The notes under the pieces were generated by a model. That model had not been told where the DNA came from, did no database searches, and saw only the letters and a program-made list of their open reading frames with translations. Shown here piece after piece: positions 62,572-64,000 of a stretch of DNA of 64,000 nt. Position 1 is the stretch's first letter, and every line of letters starts with the position of its first letter. Source of the DNA: a virus (Duplodnaviria; Caudoviricetes); the IMG/VR virus record IMGVR_UViG_3300042154_002208, one strand, 5' to 3'. A program made the translations under genes and the position numbers.

Positions 62572-64000
62572 ATGAATAATGTAACACGTTTATCCTCTTC
62601 TGTTGTTAATTTTGATGTATTTAATTTGCCACCTCACACTAGAATTGCGGTTCAAGTTGGCGGAGTAGATCATAGTTCCATGTGCGTAAATGATGATGGT
62701 ACTGCAGGTGATCCATTAATCTCAGATGGTACAGGTAGAATAAAAGGCAAACTTATTTTAAATAAATGGTGGTCTTCTTATACTTCAGGTGATATACAAA
62801 TTACGTTTGGTAGCTCAGAGGGGGCAACACAATCATTTGATCCGCCGATTTATGCTATTGCTAATTTGTCTAATAGATTAGATAATACATTAACAAGCGG
62901 TGGAAAAGTTGTAGCACCTACAAATGCGGCAGGTATACAAGAAGCAACTACCACATTGAGCCCAGTCACTCAAACATTTTTTGTGCCCGAGAGATATAGT
63001 CAAGGAATTGTTGTTACTTCCCTTGAATTATTTTTTGCCACAAAGGATTCAGAATTGCCCGTTTCTGTAGAATTAAGACGTCTTATAAATGGATTGCCAT
63101 CTGCAGGAACCGTTATAACAGATACTACAGTTGTTAAGAATCCTTCAGCTGTGAATGTGCCTGCTAATCCAAATTTTGGCATAGGGTCTTCCACAAAGTT
63201 TTCATTCCCTCCCGTATATTTAGCTCCCGGTGAATATTCTTTTTCTGTTTTGTCAAACTCTCCAAATTATACGTTGTTTGCAGGAAAACTAGGAGAAACT
63301 ATTTTAGGTAGTACTTCTATTGTGAGTAAAGAACCATATACGGGAAGACTATTCAAAGCACAAAATACAAATCAATGGTTGGAAGAAACAAATACTGATC
63401 TTTGTTTTAAAATAAACAAAGCAAAATTTGAAACTGGCGTAAAGAGTTTTGAACTGCAGACTGCAGCTATTCCTAGAACAGAATTTGATAATATCTTTTT
63501 AGATACTGCACAATATAATTTCGGAGATTTAACAAAGATAGATTACGAAGTTAAGGGGATTCGTTGGTCAGATAATGTCCAGCAATCATATGCAGCATTC
63601 AAAGAAAAGACTCCTTTTAAACTTATTGCTAGATGGGTAACGGAAAATGTAGGTGATTCCAAAGTACAAGTTACATTTACAAATAATTCTACAGATGTCT
63701 CCCCTGCAATAGATAAAGCAAGAACTAAACTATACTCATTTAAAAATTTAATTGATCCGTTTGAGGTAGATACACGGGCTTCAGAATTGCAATATAATAA
63801 TGGAGTTGCTCAATCTAAATATATTAGTAAGATTGTTACGTTGGAGGATGGATTTGATTCTACAGGATTGGAAGTTAAATTAGACGTTAATAGGAAAACA
63901 GGTACAGATATAGATGTATTTTGTAGGGTAATTAGTTCTGCAGATAACGGAATAGATGCTTCAATAGAAAAGAAAAATTGGAGATTGTTGCCATTCTTTA
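62572..64000 (+). CDS. VrlC/DUF4815-like C-terminal part, truncated at the window edge
   Basis: Hand translation open to the end: P.TQTF.V, TSLELFF.TKD..LPV, GEY.F.V, G.LFK.QN...W and DL.F.I..AKF. Confidence 0.8.
   Translation, partial: MNNVTRLSSSVVNFDVFNLPPHTRIAVQVGGVDHSSMCVNDDGTAGDPLISDGTGRIKGKLILNKWWSSYTSGDIQITFGSSEGATQSFDPPIYAIANLSNRLDNTLTSGGKVVAPTNAAGIQEATTTLSPVTQTFFVPERYSQGIVVTSLELFFATKDSELPVSVELRRLINGLPSAGTVITDTTVVKNPSAVNVPANPNFGIGSSTKFSFPPVYLAPGEYSFSVLSNSPNYTLFAGKLGETILGSTSIVSKEPYTGRLFKAQNTNQWLEETNTDLCFKINKAKFETGVKSFELQTAAIPRTEFDNIFLDTAQYNFGDLTKIDYEVKGIRWSDNVQQSYAAFKEKTPFKLIARWVTENVGDSKVQVTFTNNSTDVSPAIDKARTKLYSFKNLIDPFEVDTRASELQYNNGVAQSKYISKIVTLEDGFDSTGLEVKLDVNRKTGTDIDVFCRVISSADNGIDASIEKKNWRLLPFF

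Noticed and set aside
1-64000. Stop-codon reassignment
   Set aside because: Core genes are full length under the standard code, and TAA, TAG and TGA all act as stops

Overview
The window is part of a large, AT-rich T4-like myophage genome (standard genetic code). The host is probably a non-photosynthetic proteobacterium, most likely a betaproteobacterium; this is inferred from the tmRNA tag and a HemA-like domain. From left to right it holds: (1) primase, ThyX, spanin-like lipoproteins, NrdA-thioredoxin-NrdB, dCMP deaminase, a cytidylyltransferase, a GIY-YIG gene and an RCC1 propeller (1-11.8 kb); (2) a hyperplastic region of small ORFs driven by many near-consensus sigma70 promoters, including back-to-back pairs, tandem DnaA boxes and an iteron-like/A-tract segment (11.8-27 kb); (3) RNase H, DsbA, ligase, PhoH, GH19 endolysin, an exonuclease, a circularly permuted two-piece tmRNA, SleB, heme oxygenase plus bilin reductase, and gp33/59/32 (27-42.9 kb); (4) the baseplate/tail module: gp29-like, gp51/26, 54, 2, 4, 48, 53, 27-like, 5, 25, 6, 7-like, 8 and VrlC/DUF4815-like (42.9-64 kb). 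The strongest observations are a permuted tmRNA whose 115-nt intervening segment is filled by an in-frame four-cysteine Oxidored-like domain, a probable -1 frameshift making gp26 and a gp26-gp51 fusion, a bacterial-style tandem DnaA-box element, antisense promoter pairs, and a stand-alone HemA dimerisation domain in a phage that also degrades heme. All family assignments come from motif recognition by eye; no database searches were run. No CRISPR array or standard tRNA was found.
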